From an uncultured Muribaculaceae bacterium (lineage in GTDB: Bacteria > Cyanobacteriota > Vampirovibrionia > Gastranaerophilales > Gastranaerophilaceae): a stretch of DNA of 64,000 nt. Where the stretch lies: contig CAZCIW010000005.1 in assembly GCA_964499135.1 (NCBI GenBank), positions 2,921 to 66,920 on the forward strand. The letters are read 5' to 3'. Of this stretch, positions 14,863-22,815 are shown one piece after another. The notes beneath the pieces were generated by a model. The model made no database searches and had not been told where the DNA came from. It saw only the letters and a list, made by a program, of their open reading frames with translations. The position numbers were made by a program, and so were the translations under genes. The first letter of the stretch is position 1. Each line of letters opens with the position of its first letter.

Positions 14863-17130
14863 TTAAAATGTGTAATTCGGAATTTCAAATTTTTCGTTGT
14901 TTGCATCTTTGTCTACAAATGCAAGATAGTATTCCATAGCTTTGTCTTTAGTTGAATTGTAAAAATTATCGTCAATAAATTTTTTGTGAAATTCAGTTCT
15001 ATATCCGGAGTAATTCCCAATGCTAGAGGCAAAGAGTTCTATAAGCTGTTTGTCGAGCCCGCCACCATACGCTTTTGTTTTAGCATCGGTTCCGGAGGGT
15101 CTGATTTCGATAAATTTGTCGCTGAATTCAAGATATGTGCCGTCTCCTACAAATTTTATGGATTGCAAGTTGTCGAAACTCAAACTTTTGAATGAATCAT
15201 TCAAAACTTCTTTTACGTCATCAAGTGTCATAACCCCTTCTTTTACTGCAATTGCCATTGAAAGGTAGAACAAATCGTTTTCCGTGCGTTTTTTTTCACC
15301 TTCAATTTTTTCAAGTTTAAGCTTTTCAATATCCGGCTCAGATTCGTTGTAATAAGCGATATCAACACGTGTATCATATTGTCCTTTAATATTGCAATCA
15401 TCAAAAATTTGTACAAGATATCTTGAAAGTGAAATATCTTGGAGTTTTGAAATAAGAGCAGAAGCTACAATAATTGCTTCTGTTGCACTTTTTTCTCTCA
15501 TTGCAACGGCAAGTCTTCCTGTTTTTGATTTAATAAGTTCTTCTGTACCCATAATCATTCCGCCGCTTTCTTCACCGGCGAAAATAAGACGTGGATTTAC
15601 TCCGAGATTTATCGGGTTTGAGAATACGTCATCAATTATAATTTCATTATGTGGGGCTTTTTTAAGTTTAAGCTCAACTTTTTTCATAATATTTGCAATT
15701 TCTTTGAAGCCAACCGGAACATTTACGACCTTAACTCCGTGGCATTTTGCCCATTCATCCCAACTAAGGGCTGAAGCGGTGGTTTTAATCATAAATCTAG
15801 GATGATTATTCCATAAATTTTGAGCTTTTAATTGTTTTGCTTGAAAATCCATAAGCATTAAAAATGCCTGATTTGCTGTAAATACTGTAAGAATTGATTT
15901 TTCATCCAATCTTATGTAATTAATACCGGCTTCTTCAAGCTTTGGTATTCTGAGAGAACTCTCTTTCTGTGCGATTGTAAGCCTGTCATGATCCGGATCT
16001 GTAATTAAAACTGTCGTCAAATACGGGTAATCTTTTAGCTTTTCTTTATAGTTCATTGTCTCAATGACAGGAAAATACTTTTCGCCGTTTAGACGTTTTG
16101 AAATTACTGTTGCATCCACCGAATAGTCATAAAAGGCTTTTTCACCTTTTGGTGTATGATCATATTTCCCGATTGAGTGGAAGAATGGGTCTTCTTCAAT
16201 ATTAAACCAGTCGAATTTATCAGAAATTTCAAGCTTTTTGAGTACTCTTTCTAATGTTCTGTAAGCTGAACCTCCCACATTTTCGATTATTATCTTTTGT
16301 TCAATCTCTTTTATTAATTCAAGATTGCATTTTTGCGCAACTCCTGATTTGAGATATTCGACGTAAAGATTTGTTCCGTCTTCAAGTTTTTTCATAATTT
16401 CTTCATCAATGAGCGCGTTATCTTCAGATGCAATTTTAATTTCGTAAGTACCGTTTTTCTCGGTTTCATCGAAAATTTCCTGAATTTTATTGACAAATTC
16501 AAGGCTTTCTTCCGGAAGGTACTGACTTCCTTGCGAATTCAAATCCTTAGTCGCATTTTTAACGGAAATTCCATGGCTTGATGTAATATATTCTCCGCCG
16601 AGAAGATCAAGTTTGAATGCCAGAAATGAGGCAAGCCAAATCGGAATTGTTTTTCGACCTTCTGAAATCAATGTCTTAATTCCTTGCGCAGCTTGAATTC
16701 TTGCAATTGCATTGAGATATAATTCCGAATTGTAGCGAACTTCCCTTCCTGCAATTTTTAAAATTTCTTTTCCTTTATATTTTTTCTTTGCAACGAGCGC
16801 TTTGGCAAGAGTTGCAAGCACAATTCCAACCAAGTTAATAGGATACCTCGTATCTTGCGGAAAAAGAATGTTTTGGGGACCTCTTATTCCTGCGGTTGAC
16901 ACTTTAGCTTCCTTAGCGTAATTTTTAAACCATTCTTTTAAGTTTAAACCTTCAGGATTATCGTTTTTGTCATATGGTGCAAGATGTTCTTTTTTTAGCA
17001 AAAATGTAAATTCACCTTTATTGTCAAAATTCATTAAATCCAAATTTTTGATGTAGTCTGGAGTTTTTTCGTAAACGCTTTTGAATAGTTCATTTTCCAG
17101 TGTGTTTTCGGATTGTTTTAATTCTGTCAT
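14863..17130 (-). CDS. alpha-D-phosphohexomutase superfamily protein, unusually long with an atypical active-site loop
   Basis: GIRGPQN, Ser loop ITSSHGISVK (canonical T[AG]SHNP), metal loop ITDPDHDRL, sugar loop GEESGG and phosphate loop RPSGTD. It is 755 aa, with insertions. Confidence 0.6.
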   Translation of the reverse strand: MTELKQSENTLENELFKSVYEKTPDYIKNLDLMNFDNKGEFTFLLKKEHLAPYDKNDNPEGLNLKEWFKNYAKEAKVSTAGIRGPQNILFPQDTRYPINLVGIVLATLAKALVAKKKYKGKEILKIAGREVRYNSELYLNAIARIQAAQGIKTLISEGRKTIPIWLASFLAFKLDLLGGEYITSSHGISVKNATKDLNSQGSQYLPEESLEFVNKIQEIFDETEKNGTYEIKIASEDNALIDEEIMKKLEDGTNLYVEYLKSGVAQKCNLELIKEIEQKIIIENVGGSAYRTLERVLKKLEISDKFDWFNIEEDPFFHSIGKYDHTPKGEKAFYDYSVDATVISKRLNGEKYFPVIETMNYKEKLKDYPYLTTVLITDPDHDRLTIAQKESSLRIPKLEEAGINYIRLDEKSILTVFTANQAFLMLMDFQAKQLKAQNLWNNHPRFMIKTTASALSWDEWAKCHGVKVVNVPVGFKEIANIMKKVELKLKKAPHNEIIIDDVFSNPINLGVNPRLIFAGEESGGMIMGTEELIKSKTGRLAVAMREKSATEAIIVASALISKLQDISLSRYLVQIFDDCNIKGQYDTRVDIAYYNESEPDIEKLKLEKIEGEKKRTENDLFYLSMAIAVKEGVMTLDDVKEVLNDSFKSLSFDNLQSIKFVGDGTYLEFSDKFIEIRPSGTDAKTKAYGGGLDKQLIELFASSIGNYSGYRTEFHKKFIDDNFYNSTKDKAMEYYLAFVDKDANNEKFEIPNYTF

Positions 17131-17186
17131 CTCGCTCTCCTCTGTTCAATATTACCTATGTGTAAATTATATAAAAAAAATAATAG

Positions 17187-17214
17187 TTGTTCAATATTTA
17201 TTTTTTGATATAAT
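17187..17214 (+). promoter_or_regulatory. sigma-70-type promoter candidate for the plsC pair
   Basis: TTGTTC, 16 nt, then TATAAT with TG extension (TGATATAAT at 17206-17214). The SD GGGGGGAG follows. Confidence 0.4.
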
Positions 17215-17235
17215 ACAATTGGGGGGAGTGTAAAA

Positions 17236-17910
17236 ATGAGTAAAGAAAAGAAAACATATTCAAATCGTCCGGCAGAAACATTCAACAAGTACAGATCTTT
17301 TTTTCAGATACTTGTCTGCAAATTTTTTTATATGGTTAGATTTAAACTTGTTTATAGACTTAAGGTTGAAGGTTTGGAAAATGTTCCGGATGATAACAAG
17401 TACGTAGTATGTCCAAATCATCTTTCTACATTAGATCCTCCGTTAATGTGCGCGGTTATGCCGCGTCGGGTTGCGTTTATGGCTAAACAGGAACTTTTTG
17501 ATATAAAATTTTTGAGATGGTGGATTGATTGGCTTGGTGCCATTGCGGTTAATCGTGAAAGTCTTGGACCTTCAACCGTTAAAACAATTAAACATATCAA
17601 AGAAAGCGAATGGGTTCTTGGTATGTTTCCCGAAGGTACAAGAGGTGTTGCCGGTCTTATCTCCGAAGTTAATAAAGGATTTGCCGGTATTGCAAGACTG
17701 ACAAAGTGTTCAATTCTTCCTGTAGGTATTGTTGGAACAAATGAAGTTAAAAGACTTCCTTTTTCAGGACAAATCACCGTTAAAATAGGAAAACCGATAC
17801 CTTATTCAAATAATCCTGAATTGATTATTTCTCAGTGGATTAAGGCGGTTGAAGAGTTGACCGGATTTAAATATAATGAAGTTGGAATTGCCGGTTCGCA
17901 AGGAGCTTAG
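17236..17910 (+). CDS. plsC: 1-acyl-sn-glycerol-3-phosphate acyltransferase
   Basis: HX4D motif NHLSTLD and the FPEGTR motif; 224 aa. Confidence 0.8.
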   Translation: MSKEKKTYSNRPAETFNKYRSFFQILVCKFFYMVRFKLVYRLKVEGLENVPDDNKYVVCPNHLSTLDPPLMCAVMPRRVAFMAKQELFDIKFLRWWIDWLGAIAVNRESLGPSTVKTIKHIKESEWVLGMFPEGTRGVAGLISEVNKGFAGIARLTKCSILPVGIVGTNEVKRLPFSGQITVKIGKPIPYSNNPELIISQWIKAVEELTGFKYNEVGIAGSQGA

Positions 17911-17911
17911 G

Positions 17912-18616
17912 ATGAGTGATAAACAAAGAAATTTTAACAGGAGATATGCTTCAGAATACAACATATTTAGAACCATTTTTTATATAGGTTTTATTTATGT
18001 TGTGGTTATTCCGTTTATGAAAATTTTCTATAACTATACAATTACCGGAAAAGAAAATTTGCCCAAAAATACCAAAGAATCGAAATTGCTTTATACGGCA
18101 AATCATGTTTCATTATTTGATCCCCCAATGGTGTCAATGGCAGTAATGAGACCTATTGCATATATGGCTAAGAAAGAACTTTTTGTTGAAGGTGAAAAAT
18201 TGGGTTGGTTGGTTAAGAGGTTAGGAGCTTTTGCTGTAGATCGCTCAAAACCTGAGATTGCAACCTTTAAAACAGTGCGTGATATTTTATCCACAAGCTG
18301 GGCGCTTGGGGTTTTCCCTCAAGGTGGAATAAGACCTTACGGAAAATTGGACGAAATAAAAAAGGGATTTGTTGTTATCGCCAAAAATGCTAAAGCAGAT
18401 ATTTTGCCTGTTGGTATTCAAGGATTTGACGGATATCCAAAACTTAAACCTTTCACTCGGAGAAATGTTCGTTTAAATATCGGAAAGCCTATTTCATATA
18501 AACTTCCGGAAGATGTTATTATTTATGAATGGTGTAAACAAATTTCCGAGCTTGCAGGTTATGAAAACATAATGCCAATTCCTGAAAGCTATAAACAGCA
18601 TGCAAAAGTATGTTAG
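17912..18616 (+). CDS. second lysophospholipid acyltransferase (PlsC family paralog)
   Basis: NHVSLFD (HX4D) and FPQGG. ATG 17912 lies 1 nt after the upstream stop with SD AAGGAG; the track ORF starts at 17876 inside the previous gene. Confidence 0.7.
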   Translation: MSDKQRNFNRRYASEYNIFRTIFYIGFIYVVVIPFMKIFYNYTITGKENLPKNTKESKLLYTANHVSLFDPPMVSMAVMRPIAYMAKKELFVEGEKLGWLVKRLGAFAVDRSKPEIATFKTVRDILSTSWALGVFPQGGIRPYGKLDEIKKGFVVIAKNAKADILPVGIQGFDGYPKLKPFTRRNVRLNIGKPISYKLPEDVIIYEWCKQISELAGYENIMPIPESYKQHAKVC

Positions 18617-18619
18617 TTT

Positions 18620-19585
18620 TTATAAAATACATGCAAGCATCATTAGGATAATTGTTCCTATCTGCATTGCAGTTGCCATGTTCTGAGTAAATTTATTGTT
18701 GTCATATTTCCCCGCAGTTTTTTGTGCATTGTATGCACTGGATAATCTTTTAATTCGAGTTTCTTCGCTGTCACCTGAAAAAGTTGTCCCGAACATTGCA
18801 CTTTCAAGTCGAGAAAGTCGATTTTCCATCGGTTCGTTTTTGAAATTTTGGTTCAAAACTCCTTTTTCCAAAGAGTTTAAACTATATTTTTTGTCAGAAG
18901 AAACTGATGGAATGTATGAATTTTGATATTGATTTGCAAGCGTTTCTTGATGATTGTTGAATGCATCATAATCAAAATTTTTCACAGGATTATATCCCTG
19001 AAGAAAATAATCGGTTTCAGCTGGTGGTATATAGTCATTATAATAATCGTTTGAAGATTGTGCGACAACATTATCAATTAAAGATTTTGGTTTTATTTCT
19101 GCTTTTAGCCTGTCCGTTCGTGTGGAAAGGTCATCATTGAATTCTTTGCCAAATATTTTTATTTCTAACTTAGAAAGTCTGTTTTTAATATCTTCATTAG
19201 TAAAATGTTTGTCAAATACAATATCTTCCAGTTCATCAACTGCAGGATAACTTATATTTGAAGCTGCAACCGGAGTTTTTTCAATGTATAAATCTTGTGG
19301 GTCTGCAAAAGTGTCCTCAACGGGTTCAATTTCCTGACCAATTAAGTCTGTGGACATATCCTGTTTTAGTTTTGCAATACGTGATGAAATATTCCCTGTT
19401 GAGGATGTTCCGTAAATTGAATTCTCCAGACGTTCCAATCTTTCATTTTCATTGTCTGTATTATATGTATATCCATAAAGAGAATTTTCAAGTTTTTCTA
19501 TTATTGATGTGTACTGGGTTGCTTCTGCTTGAGCATTGAATCCAAAAATTAAAAATACGCATAATGTAAAAATTATTTTTTTCAT
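18620..19585 (-). CDS. secreted / C-terminally anchored protein with three copies of the ~48-aa LE-x3-hG / RL-xx-LE module
   Basis: SD AAGGAG. Signal peptide MKKIIFTLCVFLIFGFNAQA. Three aligned repeat units. C-terminal hydrophobic helix MATAMQIGTIILMMLACIL. Confidence 0.6.
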   Translation of the reverse strand: MKKIIFTLCVFLIFGFNAQAEATQYTSIIEKLENSLYGYTYNTDNENERLERLENSIYGTSSTGNISSRIAKLKQDMSTDLIGQEIEPVEDTFADPQDLYIEKTPVAASNISYPAVDELEDIVFDKHFTNEDIKNRLSKLEIKIFGKEFNDDLSTRTDRLKAEIKPKSLIDNVVAQSSNDYYNDYIPPAETDYFLQGYNPVKNFDYDAFNNHQETLANQYQNSYIPSVSSDKKYSLNSLEKGVLNQNFKNEPMENRLSRLESAMFGTTFSGDSEETRIKRLSSAYNAQKTAGKYDNNKFTQNMATAMQIGTIILMMLACIL

Positions 19586-19683
19586 AATTACAACTCCTTA
19601 GACTTAGAATAAGTTTATATGTTGTGAAAAACTATTCTACGGTGTTGTAATTTTGGAAAATTGCAAAATAATATTATCCTTTT

Positions 19684-19727
19684 AAGCCAAAAGCAGTATG
19701 ATTCTATTTTCATACTGCTTTTGGCTT
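19684..19727. terminator. 18-bp perfect hairpin downstream of nifS
   Basis: aagccaaaagcagtatga / tcatactgcttttggctt with loop ttctattt. It lies 50 nt past the nifS stop. There is no clean U-tract on the minus strand. Confidence 0.45.
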
Positions 19728-19776
19728 GTATTTATTCATAATTATGTAACTCAATGTTGTTTTTGCTTTTGAACTT

Positions 19777-20970
19777 TTATGAGTGAAGTCGTTTGAGATT
19801 TTCAAGTTCGTCCTGATATGGAGAAAGTGCTGTTATTTTATTTATAATTGCAGGCATTTTTTCCAAAACATAGTCAATTTCACTTTCTTTAGTGTACCTT
19901 GAAAGTGAAAAACGGATACTTCCATGAATAGCCGTAAAAGGAACATTCATTGCTCTCAGGACATGGCTCGGTTCTAAAGAGCCTGATGTGCAGGCGCTTC
20001 CTGAACTTGCGCAAATTCCCAAATCACTCATATGAAGTAAAATTAATTCCCCTTCTATATATTCGAAACCAATATTGGTTGTATTTGGAACTCTGTTAGC
20101 AATATTTGTATTAAGCCGAGCATTAAAAATCTTCTTAACGATTCCCGTTTCCAGTTTATCTCTAAGTCTTTTAACTTCGGTTGATTCATATTTTAATCCA
20201 TCAACAGCAAGTTCGGCAGCTTTTGCCATTCCGACTATATATGGTACATTTTCTGTACCGGCGCGTTTACCTCTCTCCTGATGTCCGCCAATGATTAGGG
20301 GTGTAATCAGGGTCTTTGAATTTACATAAAGCGCACCTATACCTTTTGGTGCATGAAATTTGTGTCCGGAAATTCCGAGAAGATCTATTCCGGCAGATTG
20401 GACATCAATGGGGATTTTTCCTGTAACTTGGACTGCGTCAACAAAGAATTTGGTTTCTTTATTTTTTGTTTTTATGATTTCGGAAATCTTTTCAATCGGG
20501 AAAATTACACCGGTTTCGTTATTTGCATACATAACAGAAACAAGTGCTGTGTCATAATTGATAGCCGATTCCAATTGCGCCAAATCAAGTTCACCGTTTG
20601 AGTTAACTCCGATATAATCGACATTGTATCCCTCTTTTTCAAGAGTTTGGTAAAGATTTAAAACACAAGGGTGTTCTACTTTTGTTGTGATTATATGGCG
20701 CTTATTTTTGTTCATGTTTAGTACACCGCGAATTGCTGTGTTTGCGCTCTCTGAACCGCAAGATGTAAATATAATTTCTTTTTCATTTGCCGCGTTAATA
20801 AAATCTTTAATTACACCTCTGGCATTTTTTACTGCGTGATTGGAATTTTTTGCAAAATCATAAATGCTTGACGGATTTGCGTATTCGCATTCAAAATATG
20901 GCAACATAGCCTCCAGAACTTCCGGTGCGACTTTAGTTGTGGCATTGTTATCAAGATAAATTAAGCTCAT
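19777..20970 (-). CDS. nifS: cysteine desulfurase NifS
   Basis: PLP-Lys motif SGHKFHAPKGIGALY and active-site Cys loop SSGSACTSG. It is adjacent to a full-length nifU. Confidence 0.85.
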   Translation of the reverse strand: MSLIYLDNNATTKVAPEVLEAMLPYFECEYANPSSIYDFAKNSNHAVKNARGVIKDFINAANEKEIIFTSCGSESANTAIRGVLNMNKNKRHIITTKVEHPCVLNLYQTLEKEGYNVDYIGVNSNGELDLAQLESAINYDTALVSVMYANNETGVIFPIEKISEIIKTKNKETKFFVDAVQVTGKIPIDVQSAGIDLLGISGHKFHAPKGIGALYVNSKTLITPLIIGGHQERGKRAGTENVPYIVGMAKAAELAVDGLKYESTEVKRLRDKLETGIVKKIFNARLNTNIANRVPNTTNIGFEYIEGELILLHMSDLGICASSGSACTSGSLEPSHVLRAMNVPFTAIHGSIRFSLSRYTKESEIDYVLEKMPAIINKITALSPYQDELENLKRLHS

Positions 20971-21803
20971 TATGACACCTCAATTACGTTAATATTTTTA
21001 TCAACTGTTTCGCGAAGAGTGCTTTCTACAAAAGCCTTCAGGGTAAGATGAGAATTTTTGCATCCCGAACATTTTCCGCGAAGTTTTACAAGGACATTGT
21101 TGCCGTCAATATCGACAAGAGTGATATCTCCACCGTCTTTTCTGAGTTCGGGCGAAATTTGTGATTCTATTATGTTGTTGATTTTAAGAATTCTTTGTGC
21201 CGGAGAAAGCTGAGGTTTATCGGCTTCTTCTTTTTTATAAAAGGTGTCTATGATATCTTTAATTAAGCCTTTGCATTTTCCGCAGGCTCCGCCGGCTTTA
21301 GTGAAGTTTGTTATTTCTTCGACAGTTGTTAGTCCGTTATGTTTAATTGCATCCCAAATCATATTTTCTGTAATTCCAAAACAGGTGCAGACGATTTTTT
21401 GTTCTTTTTTTTCTTCTCTCAAGTCGTCAAGGTCGATCATGTTATCAAAATTTTGGAGTGCATCTTCAAGTGCTTCATATCCCATAACCGAGCAGTGCAT
21501 TTTTTCAGGCGGTAAGCCTCCCAACTGATCAGCAATATCTTTGTTTGTAATTTTTTTTACTTCTTCAACTGATTTACCTATAATCATTTCAGTCAGGATA
21601 CTTGAACTTGCTACGGCAGAACCGCAACCGAAAGTTTGAAATTTTGCATCCGTTACAATTCCGTTCTTAATTTTTAAATATATTTTTAAAGAATCACCGC
21701 AGGCCAAAGAACCGGCTTCTCCGATTGCATCCGCATCATCGATTTTGCCGACATTTCTCGGGTTCCTGTAATGATCCATAACTTTTTCAGAATAATCCCA
21801 CAT
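20970..21803 (-). CDS. nifU: Fe-S cluster scaffold NifU (three-domain type)
   Basis: IscU-like N-domain (GSLACGD, FGCGSAVASS, KMHCSV), central Cys cluster (CTCFG...GGACGKC) and C-terminal Nfu domain (GKCSGCKNS). Confidence 0.85.
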   Translation of the reverse strand: MWDYSEKVMDHYRNPRNVGKIDDADAIGEAGSLACGDSLKIYLKIKNGIVTDAKFQTFGCGSAVASSSILTEMIIGKSVEEVKKITNKDIADQLGGLPPEKMHCSVMGYEALEDALQNFDNMIDLDDLREEKKEQKIVCTCFGITENMIWDAIKHNGLTTVEEITNFTKAGGACGKCKGLIKDIIDTFYKKEEADKPQLSPAQRILKINNIIESQISPELRKDGGDITLVDIDGNNVLVKLRGKCSGCKNSHLTLKAFVESTLRETVDKNINVIEVS

Positions 21804-21887
21804 ATTTATTTTCCTTATTTATCTCTAACCTTAAGTATATTTTAACCTAAAAAAAATATGCAGACGAAACTTTTAATATAAAATTAA

Positions 21888-22775
21888 TTATTCAACATAT
21901 AAAAAGTTTTCTTTTAATCTGGCTTTTGTCCCAACCGGAACTGTTATTTTGTCTTTTGCGTGTGTAAATTTAAAACCTTTTGTTGTCGGCACATTTAATT
22001 CGTTAGCAATTTCTTTTAAAAGAATGTCTAACCATTCGGGTTTATCTGTATTTGTAAATTCGCCAAAACAAATCGCACGTATATTTTGCCTGAAATTTTC
22101 AATATTTGATAACTGTTTGAACATTTTATCCAATTTGTAAACTGGTTCTGATATATCTTCCACAAAGAAAATAAATGGTTCATCTGGGATAAAATCAAGC
22201 CCGCACAATGAAACTATAGTAGAGAGATTTCCGCCCCAGAGAATACCTTCTGCCTCTCCCGAGATAATAGAGTTTTCGCCGGAGATAAGCTGTTTCTCCT
22301 GATTTACGCATTTAAAAAATTCGTTAAGTGTAAAGTCTGAAATGTCTTCGCGTCCAAAATCTGACATTATCATAGGACCCGAATATGTAATAAGTCCGGC
22401 GCGTTTGTAAAACATCAGGTTGAGAGCTGTAATGTCTGAATATCCGCAAAAAATTTTCGGGTTATTTCTAACAAGTTCATAATCGATTTTATTAATAAGT
22501 CTAATTGCGCCATAACCGCCGCGAAGACAAATTATTGCATTAATTTTGTCATTTTTAAAAAACTCATGAAGATTTTTAAGCCGTATATCATCGTTCCCGG
22601 CAAGATATCTGCTATTTTCGTAAAGATCATCGCTTATAAGAACGTTAAATCCGCGTGATTTGAAAAATTTAACTGCATTTAAAACTTCAACGCAACCTTT
22701 TTCGATAGGTCCGGATGTTGCAATAATGCCTATTGTATTTCCGGTTTTCAATTTTGGCGGTTTAATTATGTTCAT
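21888..22775 (-). CDS. ldcA: LD-carboxypeptidase (peptidase S66, LdcA-like)
   Basis: LRGGYGA, the nucleophile context GYSDITAL and a C-terminal His region FTHAKD. Confidence 0.75.
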   Translation of the reverse strand: MNIIKPPKLKTGNTIGIIATSGPIEKGCVEVLNAVKFFKSRGFNVLISDDLYENSRYLAGNDDIRLKNLHEFFKNDKINAIICLRGGYGAIRLINKIDYELVRNNPKIFCGYSDITALNLMFYKRAGLITYSGPMIMSDFGREDISDFTLNEFFKCVNQEKQLISGENSIISGEAEGILWGGNLSTIVSLCGLDFIPDEPFIFFVEDISEPVYKLDKMFKQLSNIENFRQNIRAICFGEFTNTDKPEWLDILLKEIANELNVPTTKGFKFTHAKDKITVPVGTKARLKENFLYVE

Positions 22776-22800
22776 ATTTAATACCTTTTATTCTCAATTC

Positions 22801-22815
22801 TGCTATAATGATATC
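22801..22815 (+). promoter_or_regulatory. extended -10 (TGCTATAAT) 6 nt before the dnaX ATG; leaderless candidate
   Basis: TGCTATAAT at 22801-22809, spacer gatatc, ATG at 22816. No SD. Confidence 0.5.

Noticed and set aside
22660-22815. The 52-codon N-terminal extension of the dnaX ORF in the track
   Set aside because: It overlaps the ldcA coding region on the opposite strand. The conserved DnaX N-terminus (YRKYRPQ...) starts right after ATG 22816, which also has a TGCTATAAT -10 element 6 nt upstream.
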